Shown: positions 51,581-61,010 of the stretch, piece by piece
How positions within the stretch are numbered: position 1 is the first letter of the stretch
Layout: each line of letters opens with the position of its first letter
From: Gammaproteobacteria bacterium
GTDB lineage: Bacteria; Pseudomonadota; Gammaproteobacteria; Eutrophobiales; Eutrophobiaceae
Assembly: GCA_965221695.1 (NCBI GenBank)
Contig: OZ244905.1
Span: 2,400,001 to 2,464,000 of the forward strand
DNA length: 64,000 bases
Direction: 5' to 3'
Notes under the pieces: generated by a model
The model's input: only the letters and a program-made list of their open reading frames with translations
Told to the model about the DNA's origin: nothing
The model's database searches: none
Position numbers and translations under genes: made by a program

Positions 51581-52648
51581 TTAGCGAACTTCCATATCAT
51601 ATTCAATTGCTGTTTTTATTTTCTCTTTGTCATAGCCGACACATTTGGTTTCTGTCTCTGCGGATTCGAGACGGTAAACATTAAATATGCCATTGTCGGA
51701 CACATCAAATGTCTGGCTCGCAGCTTCAATACATTCATAACTATGCGTAGTTGCAACAATCTGCGTGTTGAATTGTTCAGTGGCTTCTCTAGTGACTTCC
51801 CAGATTTTAGAGAGTACCGAATGATGAAGACCGTTCTCAAACTCATCGATTAATACAACGCCATCGGGCGTTGACGAGATAGCCAAGACAATACGGGCAA
51901 GTTGGATCATGCCATCGCCCATTACAGGTAAAGGGACTAATTCATTAAGCCCGATATCTCCCCATATCATGGAGGTTCCGGTGGCAGAATTCACTTCAAG
52001 ACTTTGTAACCTAGGCTCAATAACTTGCAAAGCTTTAACAATCAAGCCTCCTTGTTTTTGTCGCCGTAGCTGGCTCAATCGTTGCGCATTTTCCTCTGAA
52101 TTTCTGTTGCGGAAAGAAAGGATAGTACTCGGAAATGGTGGTTCCGGTAAGGGCGACTGAGACTCAGCCTGCATCCCGCCGCTTGTGACAGTGATATTAA
52201 AATTTGCCTTCGGTGTGCCATTCAGTATGTAATCGAGCACAAAGGTTTCACTACTGTAGAGTTTTTCTCCGAGAGTGACATTGCCATCATCAAATGGCAG
52301 TTCAAATAAATTCGGTTGTTTAAGAGACAGTCTGACCTTTAAATCTCCGCAAGAGGAATGATGACCGGAAATTTCTATGGGCTCAGACATATCCAGGTTA
52401 TGGAATATGGGTTTCCATAATAGATTTTGTATATCCTCTTTCGAACCGGAATGTATTGATAGGCCACGTAATACGTTTTGATTCAATAGCAAACCGGGAT
52501 TTGAGGCCCCAGACAGAAGAAAAATAGCTTCAAGCAGACTTGTTTTTCCTGAATTGTTCTGCCCGCAGAATAGATTGATTTTCCCCAATCTGTCGATGTT
52601 AAGCGGCTTAAAGGCTCGAAAATTATCAATGCGCAGCTTTGATAACAT
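51581..52648 (-). CDS. AAA_15/AAA_21 (ABC-type) ATPase
   Basis: NFRAF, Walker A GQNNSGKTS, signature GDG, Walker B VLIDEFENGLH, H-loop TTHS; AT-rich relative to the flanks. Confidence 0.9.
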   Translation of the reverse strand: MLSKLRIDNFRAFKPLNIDRLGKINLFCGQNNSGKTSLLEAIFLLSGASNPGLLLNQNVLRGLSIHSGSKEDIQNLLWKPIFHNLDMSEPIEISGHHSSCGDLKVRLSLKQPNLFELPFDDGNVTLGEKLYSSETFVLDYILNGTPKANFNITVTSGGMQAESQSPLPEPPFPSTILSFRNRNSEENAQRLSQLRRQKQGGLIVKALQVIEPRLQSLEVNSATGTSMIWGDIGLNELVPLPVMGDGMIQLARIVLAISSTPDGVVLIDEFENGLHHSVLSKIWEVTREATEQFNTQIVATTHSYECIEAASQTFDVSDNGIFNVYRLESAETETKCVGYDKEKIKTAIEYDMEVR

Positions 52649-52680
52649 GGATTTACCTTGTCATAGTGATAATATGTTAA

Positions 52681-52833
52681 GGAACCTCTGATTAAGTCTC
52701 AGAGGTTCCTACGATACAAGGATGTATCGTCAAAATCAATGACTGTAAAGCATTGATTTTGAGAGGAAAACAAAAATCGTATTTTTGTTTTCCGTACTCT
52801 GACAAGTCCAGGATGGACTTGTTCAGAGTTTCC
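52681..52833. mobile_element. 153-bp MITE-like element, terminal IRs GGAACCTCTGA/TCAGAGTTTCC, TTAA on both sides, five internal hairpins
   Basis: ttaa at 52677-52680 and 52834-52837; hairpins at 52681-52709, 52711-52730, 52731-52761, 52765-52793 and 52796-52829. Confidence 0.75.
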
Positions 52834-53001
52834 TTAATTTATCGGCTCATTGCATTCTGATATGGTCCGGATTTACAGAGGTCCTCAGATATCCCTGTCT
52901 GAATAACGAACAAAATGGTTGAAAATATCATAGCAGGCTGATGAAGCGATTCTACTGTATTTCAGTATAGAAAGGAACGCTACTTACACAAAACTATACT
53001 G

Positions 53002-53238
53002 TCAAGCTCTACGTACCTTTCTCCCCGAAGAATTAACGGGAAGATAAGTTATGTTAGAACGTAACGTCCCTTCTTCAGGTTCATTCCAATCAGGCTTCCA
53101 TTTGCTGCAATACCAATATATATTCTCATTAATCTTCTTGGTTTCAAGCGTTGATTGCTTAGAAAACTCAATCAAAGCAGTGTCGGCGTCTTCAAAAAAT
53201 TTAAGTTTAAGGATCCTGCCTCTTAAAATCTCAGTCAC
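53002..53238 (-). pseudogene. Frameshifted DUF2283-like small (TA-associated) gene remnant
   Basis: KLKFFEDADTALIEFS..ETKKINENIY resembles the DUF2283 N-terminus; the expected continuation NGSLIGM is in a shifted frame. Confidence 0.55.
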
Positions 53239-54476
53239 ATCATCCCCTTCTGTAGATCTATCAGGTAGTCAATCTCCTCTTCGGTGTTGAAGAAATGCGC
53301 GCTGATGCGCAGGTTGCCTACGCCGCCCAGGGCGCGCATGGAGATCTTGATAGGCCTCATGCCGCGGCCTGGAGCGGCGCAGCGTTGGAAGAATGCCAGA
53401 TCCTTGTCGTAATCTCCCGTGGTGTAAGTGATCAGGCCATGGCGTTTTTTCGGGTCGGTGGGGCAGGTTACCCGGCAGCCGATTTCCTCCAGCCTGTTGA
53501 CGGTATAGGCGCCCAGGCGGCGCACCCGTTGCTCGACATTTTTGATGCCTATCTTCTCGTAGAACTTCAGGGTGGCCACCCAGCCGAACAGCGATGGACC
53601 GATAGTGGTGTCTTGGGAAAAGCGGTTGGCGTTGTTCACCGGAGGATAATTCCAGCTTGCCAGGTTGTCGTGGTCGCGGTCTGCGAAGGGGATGGAACCA
53701 GGGATATCCGCCCAGATGTAATTGCGGTAGCGGGCGTCGATGCGGTCCATGACGGAACGCTTGATGTAAAAGATGCCGGCTCCTTCCGGTCCGCACTGCC
53801 ACTTGTAGGCGCCTGATACCAGAAAGTCGACGCCGTCATCCTTAACGTCTATGTCCACTGCGCCCAGGGCCTGCATGGCGTCATCCAGAACCAGGGCGCC
53901 CTGGGCATGGGCAATCCGGCAGACTTCCTTCATGTCGAAGGTGAACCCGCAAAACGCCGCAGTGCGATCCACAATCACCATACGGGTATCGCCGTCCACC
54001 TGTTTTTCCATATCCTCCATGCGTATTTCGCCGTTAACGTTGCGTACCACCCGGATCTCAATGCCATGACGGCGCCGCAGGTCCTGCAGAATATAAGGGA
54101 TAGACGGGTATGACAGGTCTGTGATCACCACGTTGTCGGATTCCGACCACTCCATCATGTTATAAAGGATCAGGTTGGCAGTGATCGCCGGCCGGTATGC
54201 ATTGGTGACCTCATCCTTGTCTGCATTGATAAAGCGCGCGCTCAGACGCACGCTCTCGTCCCATTTTGCAAGCAGGAATGGATGGGTGGCGATGTCAGCA
54301 GTAGGAATGTCTTCCATGCGGCCATATTCGACGAAGTTATAGAAATCGCGGACAGCTTTAAGCCAGTAATTACCTGGCGCCATCTGGTCTGCCGCGTTCA
54401 GGTAGACCCAGTGCTCAAGCAGTTTGAATTCGGCGCGGACCTCGTCCAGGTGTACGTCAATATAGTTCTCAGCCAT
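53235..54476 (-). CDS. Class V PLP-dependent aminotransferase/desulfurase-like enzyme
   Basis: YLNAA, DDAMQALG, SGAYKWQCGPEGAG (PLP Lys), LRISAHFFNTEEEID. Confidence 0.88.
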   Translation of the reverse strand: MAENYIDVHLDEVRAEFKLLEHWVYLNAADQMAPGNYWLKAVRDFYNFVEYGRMEDIPTADIATHPFLLAKWDESVRLSARFINADKDEVTNAYRPAITANLILYNMMEWSESDNVVITDLSYPSIPYILQDLRRRHGIEIRVVRNVNGEIRMEDMEKQVDGDTRMVIVDRTAAFCGFTFDMKEVCRIAHAQGALVLDDAMQALGAVDIDVKDDGVDFLVSGAYKWQCGPEGAGIFYIKRSVMDRIDARYRNYIWADIPGSIPFADRDHDNLASWNYPPVNNANRFSQDTTIGPSLFGWVATLKFYEKIGIKNVEQRVRRLGAYTVNRLEEIGCRVTCPTDPKKRHGLITYTTGDYDKDLAFFQRCAAPGRGMRPIKISMRALGGVGNLRISAHFFNTEEEIDYLIDLQKGMM

Positions 54477-54624
54477 CTTGTTGTTTACCTGCAAAACGGT
54501 AATTATAGGGGAAAAGCAGGATCTGTGAGCTTTGTTTCGGACAATCCCTCCAGATGTGATTATGCGACGCCCTCCGGGCGACACAATATTACCGAGCTTG
54601 TGGTTGTGTTGAAATGGTAAAATA

Positions 54625-54652
54625 GGCGTACTCTGATTAAATCAGAGGTTCC
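54625..54652. repeat. Short palindromic repeat-family member
   Basis: GGCGTACTCTGA-ttaaa-TCAGAGGTTCC-taa. Confidence 0.75.
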
Positions 54653-54777
54653 TAATAAATTTAATGAGATGTGCTGCTTGCGAAGGGCGCGCCATTCACT
54701 GCGCGCCGCGCCTTGCGCTCAACCGCTTCCCGACCCGCTGAAAATGTCAAAATTAAGTTGAAAGAGTACTAGTTAAC

Positions 54778-56130
54778 ATGACTGAACGCACAACGCGCGA
54801 GCAATGGTCTTCACGCGCCGGGTTTATCCTGGCTGCGATTGGTGGGGCTATCGGTCTTGGCAATATCTGGAAATTCCCTTATATCGCCGGGACCAGTGGC
54901 GGCAGCGCCTTTGTCATTATTTACCTGTTCGTCGTCGCGCTGGTTGCCGTTCCCATTCTTACCGCCGAGTTGATGCTCGGACGCTGCGGCAGGCGCAGCC
55001 CGCCCTCCGCGATGTTACACATTGCACAGAGAGAAAGCCGGTCCCGGTGGTGGTCGGGGGTAGGCTGGCTCGGCGCCGGCGCCGGGTTTCTGATTCTCAC
55101 CTTTTACAGCGCTGTGGGCGGTTGGGTGCTGGACTATGTATTCGTGTCCCTGAGCGGCGGGTTTTCCGGGATGGATTCCTCTGCGGCACAAACACGTTTC
55201 GGTCGCATGCTGGCAGATCCGTTGCGCATGTTGCTATCGTATACGGTATTCCTGGGTGTAACTGGATTGATCCTCAGCGCCGGTCTGCGCAACGGCATTG
55301 AACGGGCTACGGGAATACTGATGCCGGCGTTGTTCCTGATGTTGCTGGTATTGATGGTCTACAGCGCGCTTGAGGGTGACTTGGAGGCAGGTCTGAGGTT
55401 CCTGTTCGCGGTGGATTTCAGCCGGATCAACCCGGACGTGATGCTCTCTGCAGTGGGGCACGCATTTTTTTCCGTCGGTGTGTCGATGGGGTTGATGATG
55501 GCCTACGGCGCCTATTTGCCGCAAAGTGTGTCCATTCCCCGTACTGCGCTGATCATCGCGGGGGTCGATACGCTGGTGGCCATCATGGCCGGGATTGTCA
55601 TTTTTCCACTGGTATTCGCAAATGCCCTGGCGCCGGGCGAAGGGCCGGGTCTGATCTTCGTCACTCTGCCCATTGCATTCGGCAATATGCCCGCCGGGAG
55701 TCTGTTCGGCGCCCTGTTTTTTCTGCTGTTGCTGTTCGCTGCAGTAACGTCTTCCATCGCCATCATGGAGCCGGCCGTCGCCTGGGTCGAAGAACAGCGT
55801 AACTTCAGCCGCAAAACCAGCGCGATACTAGTGACCGGCGTCATCTGGGTATTGGGAATCGGCAGCGTGTTGTCGTTCAATTTGTGGGCGGAGGTCAGAC
55901 CCATCGCCGGAAAAACCCTGTTTGAACTGATGGATTACCTCACGGCCAACCTGATGATGCCGATAGGTGGGATGCTGATCGCCATCTTTGCCGGCTGGTT
56001 TGTGCGCCGCGCCACCCTGCTGGAGGAATTACAAATCGACCGGTCCTGGCTGTTTGCAATCTGGCGGTTTCTTATCAGGACGGTGGCGCCGGTTGCCATT
56101 GCCGGAATCCTGGTGACAAACCTGGTTTGA
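54778..56130 (+). CDS. Sodium-dependent (NSS/SLC6) transporter
   Basis: REQWSSRAGFILAAIGGAIGLGNIWKFPY, GPGLIFVTLP. Confidence 0.95.
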   Translation: MTERTTREQWSSRAGFILAAIGGAIGLGNIWKFPYIAGTSGGSAFVIIYLFVVALVAVPILTAELMLGRCGRRSPPSAMLHIAQRESRSRWWSGVGWLGAGAGFLILTFYSAVGGWVLDYVFVSLSGGFSGMDSSAAQTRFGRMLADPLRMLLSYTVFLGVTGLILSAGLRNGIERATGILMPALFLMLLVLMVYSALEGDLEAGLRFLFAVDFSRINPDVMLSAVGHAFFSVGVSMGLMMAYGAYLPQSVSIPRTALIIAGVDTLVAIMAGIVIFPLVFANALAPGEGPGLIFVTLPIAFGNMPAGSLFGALFFLLLLFAAVTSSIAIMEPAVAWVEEQRNFSRKTSAILVTGVIWVLGIGSVLSFNLWAEVRPIAGKTLFELMDYLTANLMMPIGGMLIAIFAGWFVRRATLLEELQIDRSWLFAIWRFLIRTVAPVAIAGILVTNLV

Positions 56131-56154
56131 AGCGGACTTTGGTTATGAATTAAG

Positions 56155-56196
56155 GGAAACTCTGAACAAGTCCGTCCTGGACTTGTCAGAGGTTCC
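56155..56196. repeat. Repeat-family member equal to the reverse complement of hairpin 5 of the 153-bp element
   Basis: GGAAACTCTGAACAAGTCC-gtcct-GGACTTGTCAGAGGTTCC, flanked by ttaag and ttag. Confidence 0.85.
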
Positions 56197-56207
56197 TTAG
56201 GTACCAT

Positions 56208-56879
56208 ATGCTGATGTCCTACGAAGTCATCAAGTTTATCCATGTGCTGCTGCTGGTTTTCTGGCTGGGAACCGATGTGGGCGTCTTGCTGCTGGCCCGG
56301 AAGTTCCGCGATGCAAACCTGTCCGTGGAGACGCGCCTGGCGCTGCTGCACATGGCCATGGTTATCGATACCCTCCCGCGCATCTGTTTTATCGTGATGC
56401 TGCCCGCGGGTGTGCACCTGGCCAATGCCGCCGGGTTGCTCAATGTCGAACCGGTCGGCATGGTTGGCCTGTGGCTGCTTGCCGCGCTGTTGCTTTCGGT
56501 TAACATGTCTGCGGCGAAACATATCGGTACGCCCCTGGGCGCCAGGCTGCAACGCCTGAACTGGCTCGGACTGGGTCTTTCCGGACTGCTGCTGATCGCT
56601 ACCGGGTTGGCCTCGATGATCACGGGGACCCCGTACATGGTTTCCTGGCTCGCGGCCAAGATCGTCATTTACGGCCTGGTCTACTGGTTTGCGATTGGCA
56701 TAGACTGGATGTTCGTGCCGGTTGGCCGGCTGACTGCTGAACTGGCGGAAAAAGGCTCTTCAGAAGAAGTCGAAGCGGGCATCACCCGTACCGTGGACCA
56801 GACCATGTGGGCCGTGCTTGCGGTCTATGCGGCAACCCTCGCTGCAGCCTATATTTGCATAACGAAGTTTGAATTTTAA
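56208..56879 (+). CDS. Hypothetical polytopic membrane protein
   Basis: About 6-7 hydrophobic segments; HVLLLVFWLGTDVG. Confidence 0.75.
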   Translation: MLMSYEVIKFIHVLLLVFWLGTDVGVLLLARKFRDANLSVETRLALLHMAMVIDTLPRICFIVMLPAGVHLANAAGLLNVEPVGMVGLWLLAALLLSVNMSAAKHIGTPLGARLQRLNWLGLGLSGLLLIATGLASMITGTPYMVSWLAAKIVIYGLVYWFAIGIDWMFVPVGRLTAELAEKGSSEEVEAGITRTVDQTMWAVLAVYAATLAAAYICITKFEF

Positions 56880-56898
56880 GCATACAGTTGTTTTCCTG

Positions 56899-56920
56899 GG
56901 AGCGCGGGCGTCTCGCCCGC
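56899..56920 (+). repeat. REP-like GGAG palindrome
   Basis: GGAGCGCGGGCG-tct-CGCCCGC between convergent genes; second copy at 10694. Confidence 0.6.
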
Positions 56921-56944
56921 GTATGGGCGCCTGCCCTGTGAAAT

Positions 56945-57427
56945 TTAAAACCTGGCGTCGGGCGTGGCCTGGTCGATATCGAGGTACAGCTTCCACTCAT
57001 TGTCCGGGTTTCGTTTGTAGATGAGTAGCGAGCGACCGGCATCCCGGTAAGTATCTCCGCCCGATATCGGTTCGCTTGTCAGGTAATATTTGCTCAGCAG
57101 GTGCGCGGTGTCGCCGTGAATCTGTATCTCCTCTATATCTATTTCGAACGTCACCCTGGACTTGCCCATACCAGGCGCAAAAAAGTTGCGAATCTGTTCC
57201 ACGCCGCGCAATGCCGGTCTGCCGTGCAGCGCGACGATTGCGTCCTGCGTGTACAAGGTCATCAAGCCGTCCAGGTCGCCTGCCGCATATAATTCGATCC
57301 AGCGTTGGGCGACCTGTTCTATCGCGGCAATGTCGCTCGCGTCATCTGCTGCCGCTTGGTTGCACAACATCAGGCCCAGCAAGATAAACCACGCGGGTTT
57401 TGCAAAGCTGTAATATAAGAATTTCAT
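56945..57427 (-). CDS. Exported NTF2/SnoaL-like (DUF4440) protein
   Basis: Signal peptide; AGDLDGLMTLYTQDA, GRSLLIYKR...WKLYLD. Confidence 0.82.
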   Translation of the reverse strand: MKFLYYSFAKPAWFILLGLMLCNQAAADDASDIAAIEQVAQRWIELYAAGDLDGLMTLYTQDAIVALHGRPALRGVEQIRNFFAPGMGKSRVTFEIDIEEIQIHGDTAHLLSKYYLTSEPISGGDTYRDAGRSLLIYKRNPDNEWKLYLDIDQATPDARF

Positions 57428-57501
57428 TAAATCGTACCTCTCGTGTGTCGTTGAATGCCGTTATAGGATGGTTGGCGATGAGTTTTGCCATGCGTCTGAG
57501 T

Positions 57502-57517
57502 TAATGTTATAACATTA
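57502..57517. promoter_or_regulatory. Perfect palindrome, candidate GntR/HutC-type operator
   Basis: TAATGTTATAACATTA in the divergent gap; related site at 58655-58668. Confidence 0.65.
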
Positions 57518-57585
57518 GATCATTCGATAACAGGTCATCGACGTGATAGATTTTCATCCTTGCCTTCAACCGGGAGTACCTATTC

Positions 57586-58581
57586 ATGAAGCGCCACTAC
57601 AAACTTGGTATTTTGCTGTTTGCCTCGGCCATGTTGGTCGGAGCATCTGATGTTTCGCCGGCCACTGATCAATGGCAACCGCTGCAAATCACAGATGTCG
57701 GCAGCCACCCATGGGATACCAGTCCCCGCTTCAGATCAAAGACGAAAACCTTTTTCAAGGGGCCCGATGACAGCAGCTTGATCTATGCGCACTTCTCGCC
57801 GCGCTGGGATATGACACCTCCCGCCGACCCCTTGGGGCCGCACTATCATCACTGGCATGAATGGGCTTATGTGCTCGATGGCGACTTTGTCATCCATGAG
57901 CCGGTCAGCGCGCAACAGAAATCCGGGATGCTGTCACATTTTACCCAAGGTACCTGGCTGGACCGTCCTGCTTACTCCTTGCACGGCGGTGGCTGGGAAG
58001 TCGGCGGGATGCGCGCGCAGAATGCCTGCACCCTGCTGATCTTTGAGGAAGGTGACGGTAGTGTTGTCACCGTGGGGCCAAACGGCGATCATTTCAAACC
58101 GGATTTCCCCGACACACCGGATCCATACTTGCCGGATTGGCAGGCAGTACAACAATTCACGCATCCATGGATTGTGCACACGACGACTGACCTGGAGTGG
58201 GAAACAGATACCAAGGTACCGGGGCGCTTGTTGAAGTGGTTGAGCGATGATCAGAAGGAAGGTTTCCGCGCCCGCCTGGTAAAAATCCCCCCGGGTTGGC
58301 AGGCCCCGAAACAACACAAGGCCAGTTATTATAAACAGGCCAGCCGCTTTATCTACATGATCTATGGCGACCTCAGCATTGCGCAACGGGACAATCTCGC
58401 CGCTTCGGGCATGCCGGTACAACTGTCCAAGGACTTCTTTGTTTACCAGCTCCCCTACAGCCTGTTCGGTTTTGCTGACGGGCCTGTCACGACCAGCGGC
58501 GCGATCTGGCTGGAAGTCGTGTATGCCAAGGGGCTCGCTGTAGGCGGTGGTAGGATCGAAATCCCCTCGCACCCTGAATGA
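57586..58581 (+). CDS. Exported double-cupin protein (DUF4437-like)
   Basis: Signal peptide; HYHHWHEWAYVLDGD, DRPAYSLHG; second cupin lacks His ligands. Confidence 0.75.
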   Translation: MKRHYKLGILLFASAMLVGASDVSPATDQWQPLQITDVGSHPWDTSPRFRSKTKTFFKGPDDSSLIYAHFSPRWDMTPPADPLGPHYHHWHEWAYVLDGDFVIHEPVSAQQKSGMLSHFTQGTWLDRPAYSLHGGGWEVGGMRAQNACTLLIFEEGDGSVVTVGPNGDHFKPDFPDTPDPYLPDWQAVQQFTHPWIVHTTTDLEWETDTKVPGRLLKWLSDDQKEGFRARLVKIPPGWQAPKQHKASYYKQASRFIYMIYGDLSIAQRDNLAASGMPVQLSKDFFVYQLPYSLFGFADGPVTTSGAIWLEVVYAKGLAVGGGRIEIPSHPE

Positions 58582-58654
58582 AACCTGTTGCCTGCTCACA
58601 ACACTTATTCGTTTAGACAACAAAACAGTTACAATGTCACGGAAGAATTGATAT

Positions 58655-58668
58655 ATTGATATAACATT
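58655..58668. promoter_or_regulatory. Second copy of the candidate operator, upstream of the TonB receptor
   Basis: ATTGATATAACATT, 2 mismatches to AATGTTATAACATT. Confidence 0.45.
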
Positions 58669-58758
58669 CAGTGTGATAATGGTAAATCAACCCTCTGAAG
58701 AGATTGGTGCAGTAGGGTTCAGGGGTTCAATAATAAAAAAGCTTTCGGGAGACCTGTT

Positions 58759-61005
58759 GTGAATTTCAGATCCAACTCTATTAACAATATTCTGCTCTCC
58801 GGCGTTGTCCTTGCGATTGTTTTTTCGCCACAGTCCTGGTCCCAGGGCATTGAGGAGGTCGTGGTTACTGCGACCCGGCGCGCGGAGAATGTCCAGAGTA
58901 TTCCTGTTGCCGTTTCAGCATTCACCGATGACGATGTGGCCCGCCTGGGGATCACTGAAACCATGGATGTTTCCCAGGTGGTGCCAAACTTCCTTGCCCA
59001 TAACAACACCGGGCTGGGAACCGCCAACACCTATTCGTTGCGCGGTCTGAACAATACCGAATCGATCGCCACGTTCGACCCGCCGGTAGGCACCTACGTG
59101 GATGATTTCTTCATCCAGCGCCAGAATGCGAACAACTATGCGTTGTTCGATATCGACCGGATAGAGGTATTGAGAGGTCCCCAGGGCACGTTGTTCGGCC
59201 GGAACACGACCGGCGGCGCGGTGCGCGTCATTCTGGATGAGCCGGCTGAAGAGTTCGGCGGCTATGCTGAAATAGGCGGCGGGCGTTTCGATAAGATTTC
59301 CGCAAGAGGCAGCGTGGATATTCCTGCAGCGGAAACGTTACGCATGAAGATTTCCGGTTATTACATCAATGACGATGGATTTGTCGATAATCTGACGACC
59401 GGACAAAAAGGCCTCAATCATGAAGACAACTTCGGCATACGGGGCGCGCTGTTATGGGAACCCACGGATACTGCTTCATGGAATGTCGCGTTGGCTTATA
59501 TTGATAATGAACATGCGAACATGTATAACTATGTCGATGGCGGTGATCGGTACACCCGGACCGGACTGGTCACTGACGGGACGCCCTATGCAGGCCTGCT
59601 GACCGGCGACAAGCAGAACTTTGGCTTGGGCAATGATACCCGATCCTTGCATTTCACTTCCGATATCGAATGGGAAACCGCCATTGGCACCGTTAATATC
59701 CTTACCAGCTACCTGACTTTGGAACAGGACTTTCTGCTGGATTTCTATGAGGGCCCGTTTACCACTGGCGGTTTTGTCATCGCCAATGAAGGCGAACACG
59801 ACCAATTCTCACAGGAGGCGAAACTGACCGGGTCCTTCGGCGACAAGCTGGATTACATTGCCGGTGTCTTCTATTTCAACGAGGATAACAAGACCGACAT
59901 GGCGCAGATATTCAACCTGGGCATGGTCGGACTGTTCCTGCCCACCGGGTTCCCGTTAATCCAGTACGACCGAACCATGGATAATAGTGTGGATTCATGG
60001 GCGGTCTACGGTCAGTTTGACCTGCGTGTGACCGAGCAGTTGACGCTAACGGCCGGTGTGCGCTACACCGATGAAGAGAAGGACTTCGGCATTACCGACA
60101 ACGGCAACCCGCGGGCCGGAAATGTTTTTGGCAGCAGGGATATAGAAGCCTTGGGCATTCTGTTGAAGCAGGATGAGTCCATGGTCACTCCGCGCTTTGC
60201 CATCGAATTTGAAGCCACTGACGACTTCATGGTTTACGCTTCTGCTACCCGCGGCTTCAAGTCCGGCGGTTGGAATGCCAGGGGCACGGCCGCGGCGACA
60301 CTAACACCGTTTTCTGCGGAGAAGATCTGGAATTACGAAGGCGGAATACGCTCAGAGTGGCTCGATAAAAAAGTGCGGGTGAACCTGACAGGATTTTACT
60401 CCGATATAACCGATTTCCAATTGCCGTCGGCTTATGTCAACCCGGTGGATGGTTCCATTGCCTTCATCACCCAGAACTTTGCTGACCTGGAGGTCTATGG
60501 TTTCGAGGCGGAACTGCTTGCCAATCCGGTGGATAACCTGACGCTGTTTGCCAATATAGGCATCATGGAATCGGACTATAAAAACCTGGATCCATCGATT
60601 ATCACGCAGCAGGGAATCTGTCTGACCACCGGTGAACAATGCGCGCAAAGCATCGTCAATCCGTACGGCAATATTGCGCCGCCGGTGCGGTCGCCGGAGC
60701 ACCAGTTATCGATAGGCGGCTGGTATGAGATACCGATCACCGATGACATAAACATCGTCCCGCAGATCAACGTCATTGATTACGGCGAGCACAATATCAG
60801 CACCAGCGGCCAGGACAGTGCGCTGATAAACGGTTATACCATCATCAACGGCGGTGTCAGCATCGAGCATAAGACGCAGGGCTGGTCTCTGACCGCATCC
60901 TGCCAGAACTGCACCGATAAGAATCAGTACGTCTCTTATCTTGCCGGATTGGTTTATCTGCAGGACCCGGCAACCTGGTCGGTGACCTTGAACAAGCGGT
61001 TTTAA
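58759..61005 (+). CDS. TonB-dependent receptor
   Basis: IEEVVVTATRR, RIEVLRGPQGTLFGRN, C-terminal KRF. Confidence 0.95.
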   Translation: MNFRSNSINNILLSGVVLAIVFSPQSWSQGIEEVVVTATRRAENVQSIPVAVSAFTDDDVARLGITETMDVSQVVPNFLAHNNTGLGTANTYSLRGLNNTESIATFDPPVGTYVDDFFIQRQNANNYALFDIDRIEVLRGPQGTLFGRNTTGGAVRVILDEPAEEFGGYAEIGGGRFDKISARGSVDIPAAETLRMKISGYYINDDGFVDNLTTGQKGLNHEDNFGIRGALLWEPTDTASWNVALAYIDNEHANMYNYVDGGDRYTRTGLVTDGTPYAGLLTGDKQNFGLGNDTRSLHFTSDIEWETAIGTVNILTSYLTLEQDFLLDFYEGPFTTGGFVIANEGEHDQFSQEAKLTGSFGDKLDYIAGVFYFNEDNKTDMAQIFNLGMVGLFLPTGFPLIQYDRTMDNSVDSWAVYGQFDLRVTEQLTLTAGVRYTDEEKDFGITDNGNPRAGNVFGSRDIEALGILLKQDESMVTPRFAIEFEATDDFMVYASATRGFKSGGWNARGTAAATLTPFSAEKIWNYEGGIRSEWLDKKVRVNLTGFYSDITDFQLPSAYVNPVDGSIAFITQNFADLEVYGFEAELLANPVDNLTLFANIGIMESDYKNLDPSIITQQGICLTTGEQCAQSIVNPYGNIAPPVRSPEHQLSIGGWYEIPITDDINIVPQINVIDYGEHNISTSGQDSALINGYTIINGGVSIEHKTQGWSLTASCQNCTDKNQYVSYLAGLVYLQDPATWSVTLNKRF

Positions 61006-61010
61006 CCTTA

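Noticed and set aside
57502-57517. Zur box
   Set aside because: Zur sites have two TGTTATA/TATAACA halves around a central base; this shorter overlapping palindrome fits a GntR/HutC-type site better.
58582-58758. Cobalamin or TPP riboswitch upstream of the TonB receptor
   Set aside because: No B12-box or TPP consensus recognisable; the region is AT-rich and promoter-like.
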